The position numbers and the translations under genes are program-made. The notes under the pieces are model-generated. The model searched no databases, was not told the origin of the DNA, and worked only from the letters and a program-made list of their open reading frames with translations. From positions 5,337 to 69,336 of the forward strand of contig CAKUUC010000010.1 of assembly GCA_934692625.1 (NCBI GenBank): a stretch of 64,000 nt of DNA. Direction: 5' to 3'. Within the stretch, counting starts at the first letter, position 1. Every line of letters starts with the position of its first letter. Origin of the DNA: an uncultured Candidatus Melainabacteria bacterium. Its GTDB lineage: Bacteria > Cyanobacteriota > Vampirovibrionia > Gastranaerophilales > Gastranaerophilaceae. Positions 8,985 through 18,329 of this stretch are shown piece by piece.

Positions 8985-10067
8985 TGCTTCAGAATTATCT
9001 TTTCCTAAAATTGTTTTGCCAAATAGTTTCAAATATTTGCCTCTGCTATTAAATTTGAGTTGAATAAATCTGCGACGAATACTTTTGAATGCTGTTAAAT
9101 AATAATTTCCTTTTTCAATATTTTTTATGAATTTAGTTTCACAATCATAAAAATATTTATATTCAAATTTAGTATCATTATTTAAGTCTTGAAATAATAT
9201 TTTAAGTTTATCAAAATATTGTTTTCTATATTTTGGTTGAATATCATTATAAAATGAAAAATTTGCCAAGAAAAAGTGTTTATACATTGCTTCTTTTAAA
9301 TCTTCATATAAACCACATTTTTTTACAATATTTTTTACTTCTTCGCATTGGTCTGGCATAATTAATAATCGACTACCTTTTTGGTTTGTTGAGGAATTTT
9401 GACCTTCTTCAACTCTCCAGTGATATAAATAGTCGTGCAATACTGCAATTTTATCAGCCTTACACATTACTTCTGCCATAAATGGAAAGTCTTGATATGA
9501 TGCAGAACGTGTCCCATTAATTATAATATTATTTTTTTTCAAAAATTCTGCTTTATATATATTACTCCAAATTGATGCATGAAACATAAATAATCTTGGG
9601 AATTCTTTTATTTTGAAAGCTCTATCTTGTGGATATTCTTCAATATTTTGAATTTCATCTTGCCATTTTTGATTTTCAAGTTTTTTATTTATTGCTTTTG
9701 AATTATATCTGTAAAAACTTGCTTTGCACACATCAGCATCAAGTTTTTTTGCTTGGTTATAGAGTTTTTCATACATTTCAGGTTCAACCCAGTCGTCAGT
9801 TTCGACAATACCGATGTATTCCCCTGTTGCTGCTTCAATACCTGCGTTAACTGCACTTCCATATCCCCCGTTAGGTTTGTGAATTGGTTTTACTCGAGGG
9901 TCTTTTTGTGCATATTCATCCATAATTGCACCACAATTGTCCGGAGAACCATCATCTACCGGAATTATTTCGATATCTGTTAATGTTTGATTTATTACAC
10001 TTTCAATACATTGTCTAAAATATTTTTCAACATTATATGTTGGCATAACTATTGAAACTTTTGTCAT
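8982..10067 (-). CDS. Family 2 glycosyltransferase
   Basis: MTKVSIVMPTYNVEKYFRQCIESVINQTL...VDDGSPD, ETDD. Paralogous to the two GT2 N-termini upstream. GGAGGA RBS. Confidence 0.85.
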   Translation of the reverse strand: MTKVSIVMPTYNVEKYFRQCIESVINQTLTDIEIIPVDDGSPDNCGAIMDEYAQKDPRVKPIHKPNGGYGSAVNAGIEAATGEYIGIVETDDWVEPEMYEKLYNQAKKLDADVCKASFYRYNSKAINKKLENQKWQDEIQNIEEYPQDRAFKIKEFPRLFMFHASIWSNIYKAEFLKKNNIIINGTRSASYQDFPFMAEVMCKADKIAVLHDYLYHWRVEEGQNSSTNQKGSRLLIMPDQCEEVKNIVKKCGLYEDLKEAMYKHFFLANFSFYNDIQPKYRKQYFDKLKILFQDLNNDTKFEYKYFYDCETKFIKNIEKGNYYLTAFKSIRRRFIQLKFNSRGKYLKLFGKTILGKDNSEA

Positions 10068-10243
10068 TATATTCCTCCAATATCTATAAAATATGCCCCT
10101 TCTTATTGATTAACTCAGGTAAATCGTAGCATAAACAAGGTAAGAAGTTATACATATCATAAAATATGTTAAAATAAATTTAATAATTCTGCCCGCAAAA
10201 TAAATTTTTACAAAATTGTAACGCCAAGTGTAATTGAAAATAC

Positions 10244-10753
10244 TTAAACAGACTTCTTTTCTAACTGCAAAAGGTATTGTTTGATTTTTAGTCCGCCTGC
10301 ATAGCCTGTTAATTCCCCATTTTTCCCAACAACTCTATGACAAGGGATAATTATTGATATCGGATTATGTCCGACTGCTCTGCCAACCGCTTGGGCTGAC
10401 ATTCTTTCAAGCCCTTTTTGTTTAGCGACTTTTTCTGCAATTTCACCATAAGTTGTCGTTTCGCCGTAAGGTATTTCGCATAAAATTTTCCAAACAGATT
10501 GTTTAAATTCATTACCTAAAGGTTTTAGCGGTAAATCGCCAATTTCAATCGCTTCACCTTGAAAATATTTATCAAGCCAAATTTTTATATCTTGAAAAAG
10601 TTTTAAATCTTTTGTTTCAGCCTTTTGCATGTCATATTTGCCACCAAAATACTTTTGACCTTCAAACCATAAACCATTTAGTGCGGTTCCCTCTGAACTC
10701 ATTATTATTTTTCCTACCGGCGAAAGGTATTCAGTTTTGTATAATTTTTCCAT
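10244..10753 (-). CDS. ogt: Methylated-DNA--protein-cysteine methyltransferase
   Basis: 169 aa with the active-site motif IPCHRVV and YGEIA in the helix-turn-wing region. Confidence 0.9.
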   Translation of the reverse strand: MEKLYKTEYLSPVGKIIMSSEGTALNGLWFEGQKYFGGKYDMQKAETKDLKLFQDIKIWLDKYFQGEAIEIGDLPLKPLGNEFKQSVWKILCEIPYGETTTYGEIAEKVAKQKGLERMSAQAVGRAVGHNPISIIIPCHRVVGKNGELTGYAGGLKIKQYLLQLEKKSV

Positions 10754-10819
10754 TTGAATTTTCCAAAATATTTTCGAATAGTTTTATTATACTATGTTTA
10801 AAATATTTTGGCTCAAATT

Positions 10820-12289
10820 CTATAGCGCAACTTCGTTTAGCAAGGCTGAATGTTCGTTTATCAAAGGCAATTCAATAATGAAAGTGTTTTTGTTTCCGCT
10901 GTTATCTAACATAATTTTACCTTCGTGAATTTCAACGATTTTTCTGCAAAAATACAGTCCAAGTCCTACACCACTATTATTTCCAAGATTATCGCCACAA
11001 ACATATTTATCAAAAATATTTGCTTTCAATGTATCTGATATTTTTGCGCTTTCGTTTTGAAAACTAAATCTGTAACATTTGTCGGTTCTTTCGATTGTGA
11101 CGTTTACAACACTGTTGTCAAATGCATAGTTTACTGCATTGTTCAACATATTGGCAAATACTCGGCGCAATTGCATTTCATCACCGTAAATGAAATGTTC
11201 GCAATCTTTCAGTTTTGAATTGATTTTTATTGTCACTCCTTTTGTTTTGCCCAAGTAGTGCACTTCTTTTACGCATTTTTCGATTAAATATAATACGTCA
11301 AAATTCGAAAATTTAAGTTTGATAATTCCGCTATAATCCTTACAAGTTTTTAGTAATGTACAAAGCATATCGCGCATATATTTCGAAGATTCGATAATGA
11401 GTTCCATTATTTCCTGATGACCTTCATCAATTTTTCCGTAATATTCTTTGTACAACATTTCCAGTGAACTAATTTGTGCTTGTAGAGGATTTTTCAAATC
11501 GTGAGTTAAAGTTGCTAAAAATAGGTCACGTTGTTTTTCTAAATGTTTTTCCTTGTCAATATTTTTCGCAATTGAAACAAGTCCGTTAATCTCGTTTTTA
11601 TCAGTAATAATTGGCGCTTTGCTGATTTTATACCAGTGTAATTTTCCGTCTTTATCTATTGCTGCCTTTTCTTTCTTCAGTGGCTTTTTATTTTCCAAAA
11701 CATAATTGTCTTCATTTGCAACTTCTTGCTCTGCTTTTTCCATATCAATGATGATATTTTCAGAATATGTGTCAACTCCGTTAAAAACAAAATTTTTAGC
11801 ATTATCACTAGCAACAATGAGGTTTCGGTCTTTATCTTTCATATAAACTAACAATGGCAAGGTTTCCAAAAGGGTGTTCAATTGGTAGTTTTTCTCAATC
11901 AATCTTGCTTTTAGGTTCTCTTCTTTTGTTACATCAGATGATACAGTCAATAATCCTTCAAGTTTTCTGTTTTGAATAATTGGTGTAGTTGTTTGTTTAA
12001 TTATTTTGTTAATTCCCTCGTGGCGGAAAACATAACTGCGAGTTTCTAAGGTTTCGATAACTCTTTTAGAGTTTTCCATAATTATATCAACACAACTATC
12101 ACCTTTTAAAACTTTTGTTATATGGCTATTCGTGATTGACTTTGCCGTTTCATTGTCAAAATTCATCAACCTTAGAAATGCACGATTGTAAGCAACATAG
12201 TTAAAATTCAAATCTTTAACGGTTACTATATCTTCACAATACTCTAAAATTGCGTTTAATAAATATTCTTTACTCTTTAAATCAATCAT
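10820..12289 (-). CDS. Cytoplasmic PAS-domain sensor histidine kinase (no adjacent response regulator)
   Basis: H-box LATLTHDLKNPL, N box NMLNNAVNYA, G boxes GVGLGLYFCRKIV. Has N-terminal PAS-like repeats and no TM segment. Confidence 0.85.
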   Translation of the reverse strand: MIDLKSKEYLLNAILEYCEDIVTVKDLNFNYVAYNRAFLRLMNFDNETAKSITNSHITKVLKGDSCVDIIMENSKRVIETLETRSYVFRHEGINKIIKQTTTPIIQNRKLEGLLTVSSDVTKEENLKARLIEKNYQLNTLLETLPLLVYMKDKDRNLIVASDNAKNFVFNGVDTYSENIIIDMEKAEQEVANEDNYVLENKKPLKKEKAAIDKDGKLHWYKISKAPIITDKNEINGLVSIAKNIDKEKHLEKQRDLFLATLTHDLKNPLQAQISSLEMLYKEYYGKIDEGHQEIMELIIESSKYMRDMLCTLLKTCKDYSGIIKLKFSNFDVLYLIEKCVKEVHYLGKTKGVTIKINSKLKDCEHFIYGDEMQLRRVFANMLNNAVNYAFDNSVVNVTIERTDKCYRFSFQNESAKISDTLKANIFDKYVCGDNLGNNSGVGLGLYFCRKIVEIHEGKIMLDNSGNKNTFIIELPLINEHSALLNEVAL

Positions 12290-12389
12290 ATCCTAAAAAT
12301 CTGTAACTAATATAGTCATATTACTCTTCTTGTTTAGTGCTTACAATTAACCATTCGGGCAATCTTTTATTCTGACTGATTTTGAGCCA

Positions 12390-12668
12390 TTAACTGTTTT
12401 TTAGAAGTTTTTCCAAAATATTTGTCATTTCTTCAAGTTTCTCATCTTTTTCTTTTTCAGAACCAGATTCAAAAGATTTTTTTACACAATGTGAAAAATG
12501 CGCTTTTAAAATTTCCAAGTTTACTCGTTTTAACAATGATTGACTAGCCAAAACTTGGGTGCTTATATCGATGCAATATCTGTCATCTTCAACCATTTTT
12601 ATCAAACCTTCTATTTGCCCCTTGACGGTTTTTAATAGTCTTATAATTTTTGATTTGTCTGCTTGCAT
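12390..12668 (-). CDS. csoR: CsoR-family metal-sensing transcriptional repressor
   Basis: 92 aa with LKTVKGQIEGLIKMVEDDRYC. The C-x24-H-x3-C ligand pattern (YCID ... AHFSHC) fits the Cu(I)-sensing x-C-H-C fingerprint. AAGGAG RBS. Confidence 0.85.
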   Translation of the reverse strand: MQADKSKIIRLLKTVKGQIEGLIKMVEDDRYCIDISTQVLASQSLLKRVNLEILKAHFSHCVKKSFESGSEKEKDEKLEEMTNILEKLLKNS

Positions 12669-12689
12669 TTATTTCTCCTTAAATATTGC

Positions 12690-12717
12690 AATCCCTGATA
12701 GTATAATATCAGGGATT
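12690..12717 (-). promoter_or_regulatory. Intercistronic 11-bp inverted repeat between the Cys-rich gene and csoR
   Basis: AATCCCTGATA-GTATAA-TATCAGGGATT. There is no T-run after it on the coding strand, so it is more likely an RNA processing/attenuation hairpin or protein site than a full terminator. Confidence 0.4.
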
Positions 12718-12732
12718 GAATGTTTTGCCAAT

Positions 12733-12993
12733 TTATTTTGCACAATTGCACTGTTTTTTTCTAAAAATTCTAAATTTTTTAGTTTTGCAATTGCAGGTGT
12801 CATTTTTGCATTTTAGACAATTGCAATTTTCATCACAGTTATATTCTTGTCCGTTTTGACAACCGCAATCACATGTTTTTGCGCAGTTGCAAGTTACTTT
12901 TTCGCAGCCACAAACACAATCACAAGCAAATACGGAATTTGTTGTTAATAATAATGCACCTAGCATTAATAGTCCTAATGTTAATTTCTTCAT
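12733..12993 (-). CDS. Secreted Cys-rich (metallothionein-like) small protein
   Basis: 86 aa. Signal peptide MKKLTLGLLMLGALLLTTNSVFA, then 17 Cys in about 63 residues arranged as CxC/CxCxC motifs. AAGGAGG RBS. Directly upstream of csoR on the same strand. Confidence 0.7.
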   Translation of the reverse strand: MKKLTLGLLMLGALLLTTNSVFACDCVCGCEKVTCNCAKTCDCGCQNGQEYNCDENCNCLKCKNDTCNCKTKKFRIFRKKQCNCAK

Positions 12994-13016
12994 AGTTGCC
13001 TCCTTATATTCTTTTG

Positions 13017-13033
13017 ATACCCGTACGGGGTAT
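13017..13033. promoter_or_regulatory. Candidate CsoR operator
   Basis: The GC-rich pseudo-palindrome ATACCC-GTAC-GGGGTAT lies immediately downstream of the -10 box of the Cys-rich gene promoter. Confidence 0.55.
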
Positions 13034-13039
13034 GGGTAT

Positions 13040-13068
13040 ATAATAAAGTGGGATTTTTATTTTGTCAA
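13040..13068 (-). promoter_or_regulatory. Sigma-70-type promoter of the Cys-rich gene/csoR operon
   Basis: On the minus strand: TTGACA (13063-13068), a 17-nt spacer, then TATTAT (13040-13045). Confidence 0.55.
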
Positions 13069-13101
13069 GTGGTGATGTTAAAAATTTTGTATATAAACAA
13101 T

Positions 13102-13136
13102 AAAAATAGCCAATAGAAGTGCTTTTGGCTATTTTT
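13102..13136 (-). terminator. Rho-independent terminator of the 92-aa gene
   Basis: AAAAATAGCCAA / TTGGCTATTTTT stem with an 11-nt loop and T-runs on both strands. Confidence 0.6.
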
Positions 13137-13166
13137 ATAAAATATTTGAAAAGTTTTAAAAATTTC

Positions 13167-13445
13167 TTAACGAAGAATTTTATCAAGAATACCGCTTGTT
13201 GAAATACATATTTTTTTATTCAAATCTTCAATCATCAAGTTTTTCTTCAAATTCGCATCGTAAGCTCTTTTCCAATTTTTAACAATAGTTTTTGGGTTGT
13301 TTGAAGAATCGCCTGATTCTGCGGTTAATCTGCGATAGAAAACGTCTTCACTTTTCTTGACTCCACGAGAAGCACATCTTCTAACGTCCATTCTATCTAG
13401 CGTTGCTCCGATAACGGAATTCAATCTGGGGTATATTTTTAACAT
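13167..13445 (-). CDS. Hypothetical protein (92 aa)
   Basis: GAGGAA RBS 8 nt upstream of the ATG and its own terminator downstream. No recognisable motif. Confidence 0.5.
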   Translation of the reverse strand: MLKIYPRLNSVIGATLDRMDVRRCASRGVKKSEDVFYRRLTAESGDSSNNPKTIVKNWKRAYDANLKKNLMIEDLNKKICISTSGILDKILR

Positions 13446-13517
13446 AATTTTTTCCTCAATAAATGTATATCATTTCTTCTTATACAAAAAATTATAAATA
13501 AAAACATACGTCTGTCA

Positions 13518-13815
13518 ATGAGAAATTTGTCCAAAATTTTAATAGTTGAAGATGAAGAACATATTAACCTCTATTGATGATACTGTTGAAATTCGTGTAA
13601 AGGATTATGGTATCGGGATTGCAAAAGAATACCATGAAAAGATTTTTGAAAAATTCTATAGAATTGATAAGGCGCGAAGTCGTGCTAATGGCGGTTCCGG
13701 ATTGGGACTTGCTATTGTCAAAGATATTGTAGAATTGCATAATGGTAAAATTTCTATAGAGAGTGAACAAGGCAAAGGTGCAGAATTTATAATTAAATTG
13801 CCCGATCAATCTTGA
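13518..13815 (+). pseudogene. Remnant of a two-component system: response-regulator N-terminus fused by deletion to a histidine-kinase C-terminus
   Basis: ATG at 13518 encodes MRNLSKILIVEDEEHINLY-stop (receiver start). A shifted frame from 13546 encodes only the G1/G2 end of an HK (EIRVKDYGIGI...FYRID...GGSGLGLAIVK...GKGAEFIIKLP). Confidence 0.6.
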
Positions 13816-13861
13816 AATCGGTTGAATGGGCAATTGTGAAAATTTATAATGATTTTAATTC

Positions 13862-14359
13862 CTATTTATCTGCTTTTTGCGTTACTTCGTTTACCATAGA
13901 TTCAATATTTCTGTATAGGTTACGAAGGAAGGTATCTTCGGTTGTCCAATGTTTTTTAGGCACAAATGCAAGTCTGTCACCATCTTTGTAGCAGCGTATT
14001 CTTGCAGTATATATAGCGTTAGAATTTGTATATGTTTTGTCTGAATCTGCTGCAACAAGTCTACTTTGGTTTTTGCCGTTGTGTAAGTTTGTGACAACTA
14101 AATTTATTTTATCTGACAGTTCTGTACCTAATGATTTGTGTGTTGTCATTTTTTTAGCATCATAAATGTCAACTTTAACACCATTTTTCTTGGCAAATCG
14201 AGATATGGTTTCTCTTGCCAAATACATTTGGTTGAAAGAATCTCCAAATGTATTAGAATCATGAATTTTGAAAAATTTATCTATATTATTTTCGTGTCTA
14301 ACAGTTGCACGGTGTGCCAAATTTGTTTCTAATTTTGTAATCAAATTTCCTATAGCCAT
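13862..14359 (-). CDS. Hypothetical protein (165 aa)
   Basis: The start is moved to the ATG at 14359 (MAIGNLI...), preceded by GAGGT. No recognisable domain. Confidence 0.55.
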   Translation of the reverse strand: MAIGNLITKLETNLAHRATVRHENNIDKFFKIHDSNTFGDSFNQMYLARETISRFAKKNGVKVDIYDAKKMTTHKSLGTELSDKINLVVTNLHNGKNQSRLVAADSDKTYTNSNAIYTARIRCYKDGDRLAFVPKKHWTTEDTFLRNLYRNIESMVNEVTQKADK

Positions 14360-14462
14360 AATTTTTACCTCATTATTTTGTTTCAATTATATATTTATAA
14401 AACCGAAAAAATATTTTTTAAATATAATAATGAGATTATGTGAAGAAAATTGAAGAAAAATT

Positions 14463-15839
14463 TTAATCTTTGCCAAAGTTACGTGGATTTACACCGTGTA
14501 TCCAGTTAGATTCAATTTGTTCTAACGAGATTCCTTTAGTTTCCGGTACAAAGAAGTATACGAATAGTATGCAAAGGAATGATACGGCTGCAAAGCCCCA
14601 GAATGTGTACGCGCCACCGATTTTGTGGATTAAAACCGGAAAGCTTCCTACTACAAGGAAGTTAAATGCAAAGTTTGCAACAGTACAAATGCTCATTGCA
14701 ACCCCTCTGATTTTTAGTGGGAATACTTCTGAAACTAAAATCCAACCGATTGGACCTAAACTCATTGCAAAACATATTATGTATGTTACCAAACTTCCGA
14801 CTGCAACGATTTTTAAACCTGCGCCTAATACATCTTGGTATGCAAAAGCACAACCAAGAGCAGCCAAACTCAACATTACTCCGGTTAATCCGAAATACAA
14901 CAGAGGTTTTCTCCCTAATTTATCCGTGAAAAATACTGCAACAATTGTCATTAAGAAGTTTACAACCCCAATTCCTGTTGTTGCATAAATTGCGTTTAAA
15001 TTTGAATCAAACCCTGCTATTTTAAATATTGTCGGAGCATAGTAAATTATTGTGTTAATTCCTGTACAAATTTGTGCAAACATTATACCAATACCGACAA
15101 CAAACGGCATAATCATCCATTTTTTGAATTTGAATTTTTTGTCTAAGTTTTCGTTAAGCTTTAATGTATGTTTTATTTCTCGGATTTCTTTTTCTGTATC
15201 AACGTCCGGTTCGATTTTTTTCAATACTTTTTGGGCTTCTTCCTCTTTATTTTTAGAGATTAACCATCTTGGAGTATCGCTCATAAAACTCATACCAACT
15301 AGTAATACCAGCCCTGGGAATATTCCGGCAAGTAACATCCAGCGCCAACTGTAAGCAGCAGGTGCAAATGCCGCATTAATAAAGTATGAAAATAATATAC
15401 CTGCTGTAATTGCCCATTGATAAAGTGAAACGAGAGTGCCTCTCACTGCTTTTGGTGCAACTTCTGATAAGTATAGCGGGATTACAAAATTAACTATCCC
15501 AACGGCAAGCCCGACAAAAATTCTTGAAATTATTAGTACATAAACATTTGGTGCTAATCCGCAAAGAATTGAACCTAAAATGAATATGATTGCAGTTGCA
15601 ATGATTATCTTTTTGCGTCCGAATATATCAGCAAGAACTCCGTTTGTTGCAGCGCCAATTACCGCACCTATTAGAACGGCACTAACAACAATACCTTGCA
15701 AAGAAATTGATAAATCCCACGTTTCATTAATAAATAATAATGCACCTGAAATTACTCCGGTATCATAACCGGACAAAAGTCCGCCTAAAGATGCTACAAT
15801 TGCTACAATATATAGCCACAAAAATTTAATCTTATTCAT
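14463..15839 (-). CDS. MFS sugar porter family transporter
   Basis: 458 aa, 12 TM segments. Motifs GRKK, SDTPRWL (PESPRWL-like) and VPETKG. GAGGAG RBS. Confidence 0.9.
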   Translation of the reverse strand: MNKIKFLWLYIVAIVASLGGLLSGYDTGVISGALLFINETWDLSISLQGIVVSAVLIGAVIGAATNGVLADIFGRKKIIIATAIIFILGSILCGLAPNVYVLIISRIFVGLAVGIVNFVIPLYLSEVAPKAVRGTLVSLYQWAITAGILFSYFINAAFAPAAYSWRWMLLAGIFPGLVLLVGMSFMSDTPRWLISKNKEEEAQKVLKKIEPDVDTEKEIREIKHTLKLNENLDKKFKFKKWMIMPFVVGIGIMFAQICTGINTIIYYAPTIFKIAGFDSNLNAIYATTGIGVVNFLMTIVAVFFTDKLGRKPLLYFGLTGVMLSLAALGCAFAYQDVLGAGLKIVAVGSLVTYIICFAMSLGPIGWILVSEVFPLKIRGVAMSICTVANFAFNFLVVGSFPVLIHKIGGAYTFWGFAAVSFLCILFVYFFVPETKGISLEQIESNWIHGVNPRNFGKD

Positions 15840-16058
15840 ATAAACTCCTCGTACTTATATTTTAAAATATATTTCGTTAAACTACCAGTCTAACTTTAAG
15901 AAAATTTAAGAAATTTGAAAAATTTTGCAACATATCTTCACAAACTAGCAATTTGAGTGTACAAAAAACCTTTAATAACATGTAACTAAAGGGGAATAAA
16001 GATGGGAATATTTTTTGTTACGGTTCAAATTATTGCAATTGGTGCATTGTCTAAAAAT

Positions 16059-18329
16059 TTACTCTTTTAGAGCAAATGCAGACCTTGATACATATAATAG
16101 TGTTTCATTAGGAATATAGAAATCTTTTATGCCGTAATTCGCATTTACAAATAGAAATTCCAAGGTTTCTCCATCTTGTAAATCAAGTAGGCTAAAAGGT
16201 ATTTTTAAATCAAGAGTTTCACCATAAGCCGCTTCGATTGATTTTGTGTGCTCCAAGACCCACATATCTCCTGGGATTGACTTAATCAGCCTGATAAGTT
16301 GCAATGAATCCTTTTTTATCGCAATTTGAAGTTCGTTGTGGAATTTTTCCATTGATACCGGAGAAATATTTTCAGTCTTATTTATCAATCTGGCAGGTGA
16401 TAAATCTTGTTTCGGGTTAGATGTTCTAAAATAAACATACATTTGATATGTTCGTTTCAATAACTCAGAATTTTCTCTAATGTATTTATTCATATTGAAT
16501 TTTAAATAGAAATTGTTTTCATCGTTCCCAAATCGAATTTTATCAAATAATTTCGATTCTCTAAGTACCGGACCGTCAGGTATTTCGATGTATCCGGCAT
16601 TATTCCATTCATCATCAGGTGATGTAACAAGTTTACCGTCAATTTTAGGAGAAATAAGCGCTCTTGGATATTTTGAAGGTTTTGTTGCTGACAAATTAAC
16701 TAATGGCTCGTCTAAAAATTCAGGAATATCTAAATCTAAATATCGGTAAACATTTCTCAAATGGGTTCTGAAAAGATAATCAAAAATGTTATCTCTTCCG
16801 GAATCGTTTGGTTCGCCATACCACCAGTACCAATCACTACCTTCACAGATTAATAATTCACGTTGAGCAGCCCACAAATTAGGATTTTGTGGCTCTCTTT
16901 TTGAATACTGCATGAAGTCTTCTCGAACTCGTTTTAAATATGCCCAAGCCAAATCTTTGACAGGTTCATCAATCCAGAATTTGAAGTTTCTGTTTATCCA
17001 AGAGCCTGAAGCTATCTTGTTTAGCGGTTTGTATTCTTTTGCATTGTCTAAGTAGTCCGAGATTAGAACTGTTTCTAATGTTTCATCTTCAGAAATCAAA
17101 GAATATAAAATTTGTAAGAAAGAATCACTGTTTTGCGGATAATTTTCCCAACAATTTTCGCCATCTAATGCTATAGTGAGCAAATGTTCTTGGTCAGGTG
17201 AAGATAAAATCTTACTTTGAATAATTTTAATTCTGTCGTATAAATCATTTGCTGTCGCTTCTGGGTTGTGGTTTTGGTATTCAAAACTAATCAAATTCGG
17301 AATTGTAGATTCTCTGAATATCATTTTGATGTCAGAATTTTCAGTCTTAACTTTGTATGATTTTAACAAATGATAAGGTTCACTGATATAGCCCTTGAAA
17401 TCGTGTTCGAATTCAAAATTGATAGAATTTGCCAAAATTCCTTCGTCAGAAATTGTCCATTTAACTCCTAATTTGCTGAACATATCAAGAGTTTTAGGGC
17501 TTACACAGTGTTCTGACGGCCAAATCCCTTGAGGGCGTTTCCCAAATACTTCTTCAATTCTATCTAATGCCATTTTTGTTTGAAGTTCTGCATCAATTTG
17601 AGTGTTCATTTCAGGTGAATCACCGTTTGGCATTGGATTTTTCTTTACATTTTTAAAGTCCAACAATATCGGTAAAATTGGGTGAAAATACGGACTTGTT
17701 GTGATTTCTATTTTATTTTTTTTGATTAAACTTTTGATACTTGGTATGATTTTTTTTATTAGTTCTCGTTGAATTTCAAGAATATCAATTCTGTCTTCCA
17801 GCGTATAATTTTTACCTTTTTTTACAAGTCTTTTTAGTTTTGGATATTTTGAATAAAACGAGTAATCTATCCACGCTAAGTTGAAAAGTGCCATCAAGTC
17901 TGAATATTCTTGGTTTGATAGTACAGAAATATCATTTCCGCCACTTTCTTGCACAATTTTATATAACCTGTGGTATTCTTTGTTTGGAAGAATCATTGTT
18001 TGATAATTTGCATCAAAAAAATTAGTTATAATAAAAAGTTTATCTTCGTCATTTAATTGATTTTCAGGTTTTAGGGTTAACCTCGAATGAATGTCGTGCG
18101 CTCCGTTTTCTGCATAATTGATTATCGCATCAACTAAAACCGGAACAAAATTGAAATTTAGTTTTAACTTTTCAAATTTTTTAGCCCACAAAACCATCCC
18201 TAAATAATCTTTTACGGCATGCAATCTCACCCAAGGCATTAAAAAATCGCCATTTTCATTCAATTGATAAACCGGTTGGTGCATGTGCCAATAAAAGGCT
18301 ATTGATAATTTTTTGGACTGACTCATCAT
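16059..18329 (-). CDS. Glycoside hydrolase family 57 (alpha-amylase / branching-enzyme-like)
   Basis: FYWHMHQPVY N-terminal motif and GH57-type ALDGENCWE and WYWWYG regions. The start is set at the ATG at 18329 because AAAGGATAGAGT plus 5 nt precedes it, identical to the leader of the neighbouring symporter. Confidence 0.9.
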   Translation of the reverse strand: MMSQSKKLSIAFYWHMHQPVYQLNENGDFLMPWVRLHAVKDYLGMVLWAKKFEKLKLNFNFVPVLVDAIINYAENGAHDIHSRLTLKPENQLNDEDKLFIITNFFDANYQTMILPNKEYHRLYKIVQESGGNDISVLSNQEYSDLMALFNLAWIDYSFYSKYPKLKRLVKKGKNYTLEDRIDILEIQRELIKKIIPSIKSLIKKNKIEITTSPYFHPILPILLDFKNVKKNPMPNGDSPEMNTQIDAELQTKMALDRIEEVFGKRPQGIWPSEHCVSPKTLDMFSKLGVKWTISDEGILANSINFEFEHDFKGYISEPYHLLKSYKVKTENSDIKMIFRESTIPNLISFEYQNHNPEATANDLYDRIKIIQSKILSSPDQEHLLTIALDGENCWENYPQNSDSFLQILYSLISEDETLETVLISDYLDNAKEYKPLNKIASGSWINRNFKFWIDEPVKDLAWAYLKRVREDFMQYSKREPQNPNLWAAQRELLICEGSDWYWWYGEPNDSGRDNIFDYLFRTHLRNVYRYLDLDIPEFLDEPLVNLSATKPSKYPRALISPKIDGKLVTSPDDEWNNAGYIEIPDGPVLRESKLFDKIRFGNDENNFYLKFNMNKYIRENSELLKRTYQMYVYFRTSNPKQDLSPARLINKTENISPVSMEKFHNELQIAIKKDSLQLIRLIKSIPGDMWVLEHTKSIEAAYGETLDLKIPFSLLDLQDGETLEFLFVNANYGIKDFYIPNETLLYVSRSAFALKE

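Noticed and set aside
13004-13186. 60-aa ORF between the Cys-rich gene and the 92-aa gene
   Set aside because: It overlaps the promoter, operator and terminator signals. Its translation is Lys/Phe/Ile-rich and implausible, and it has no RBS.
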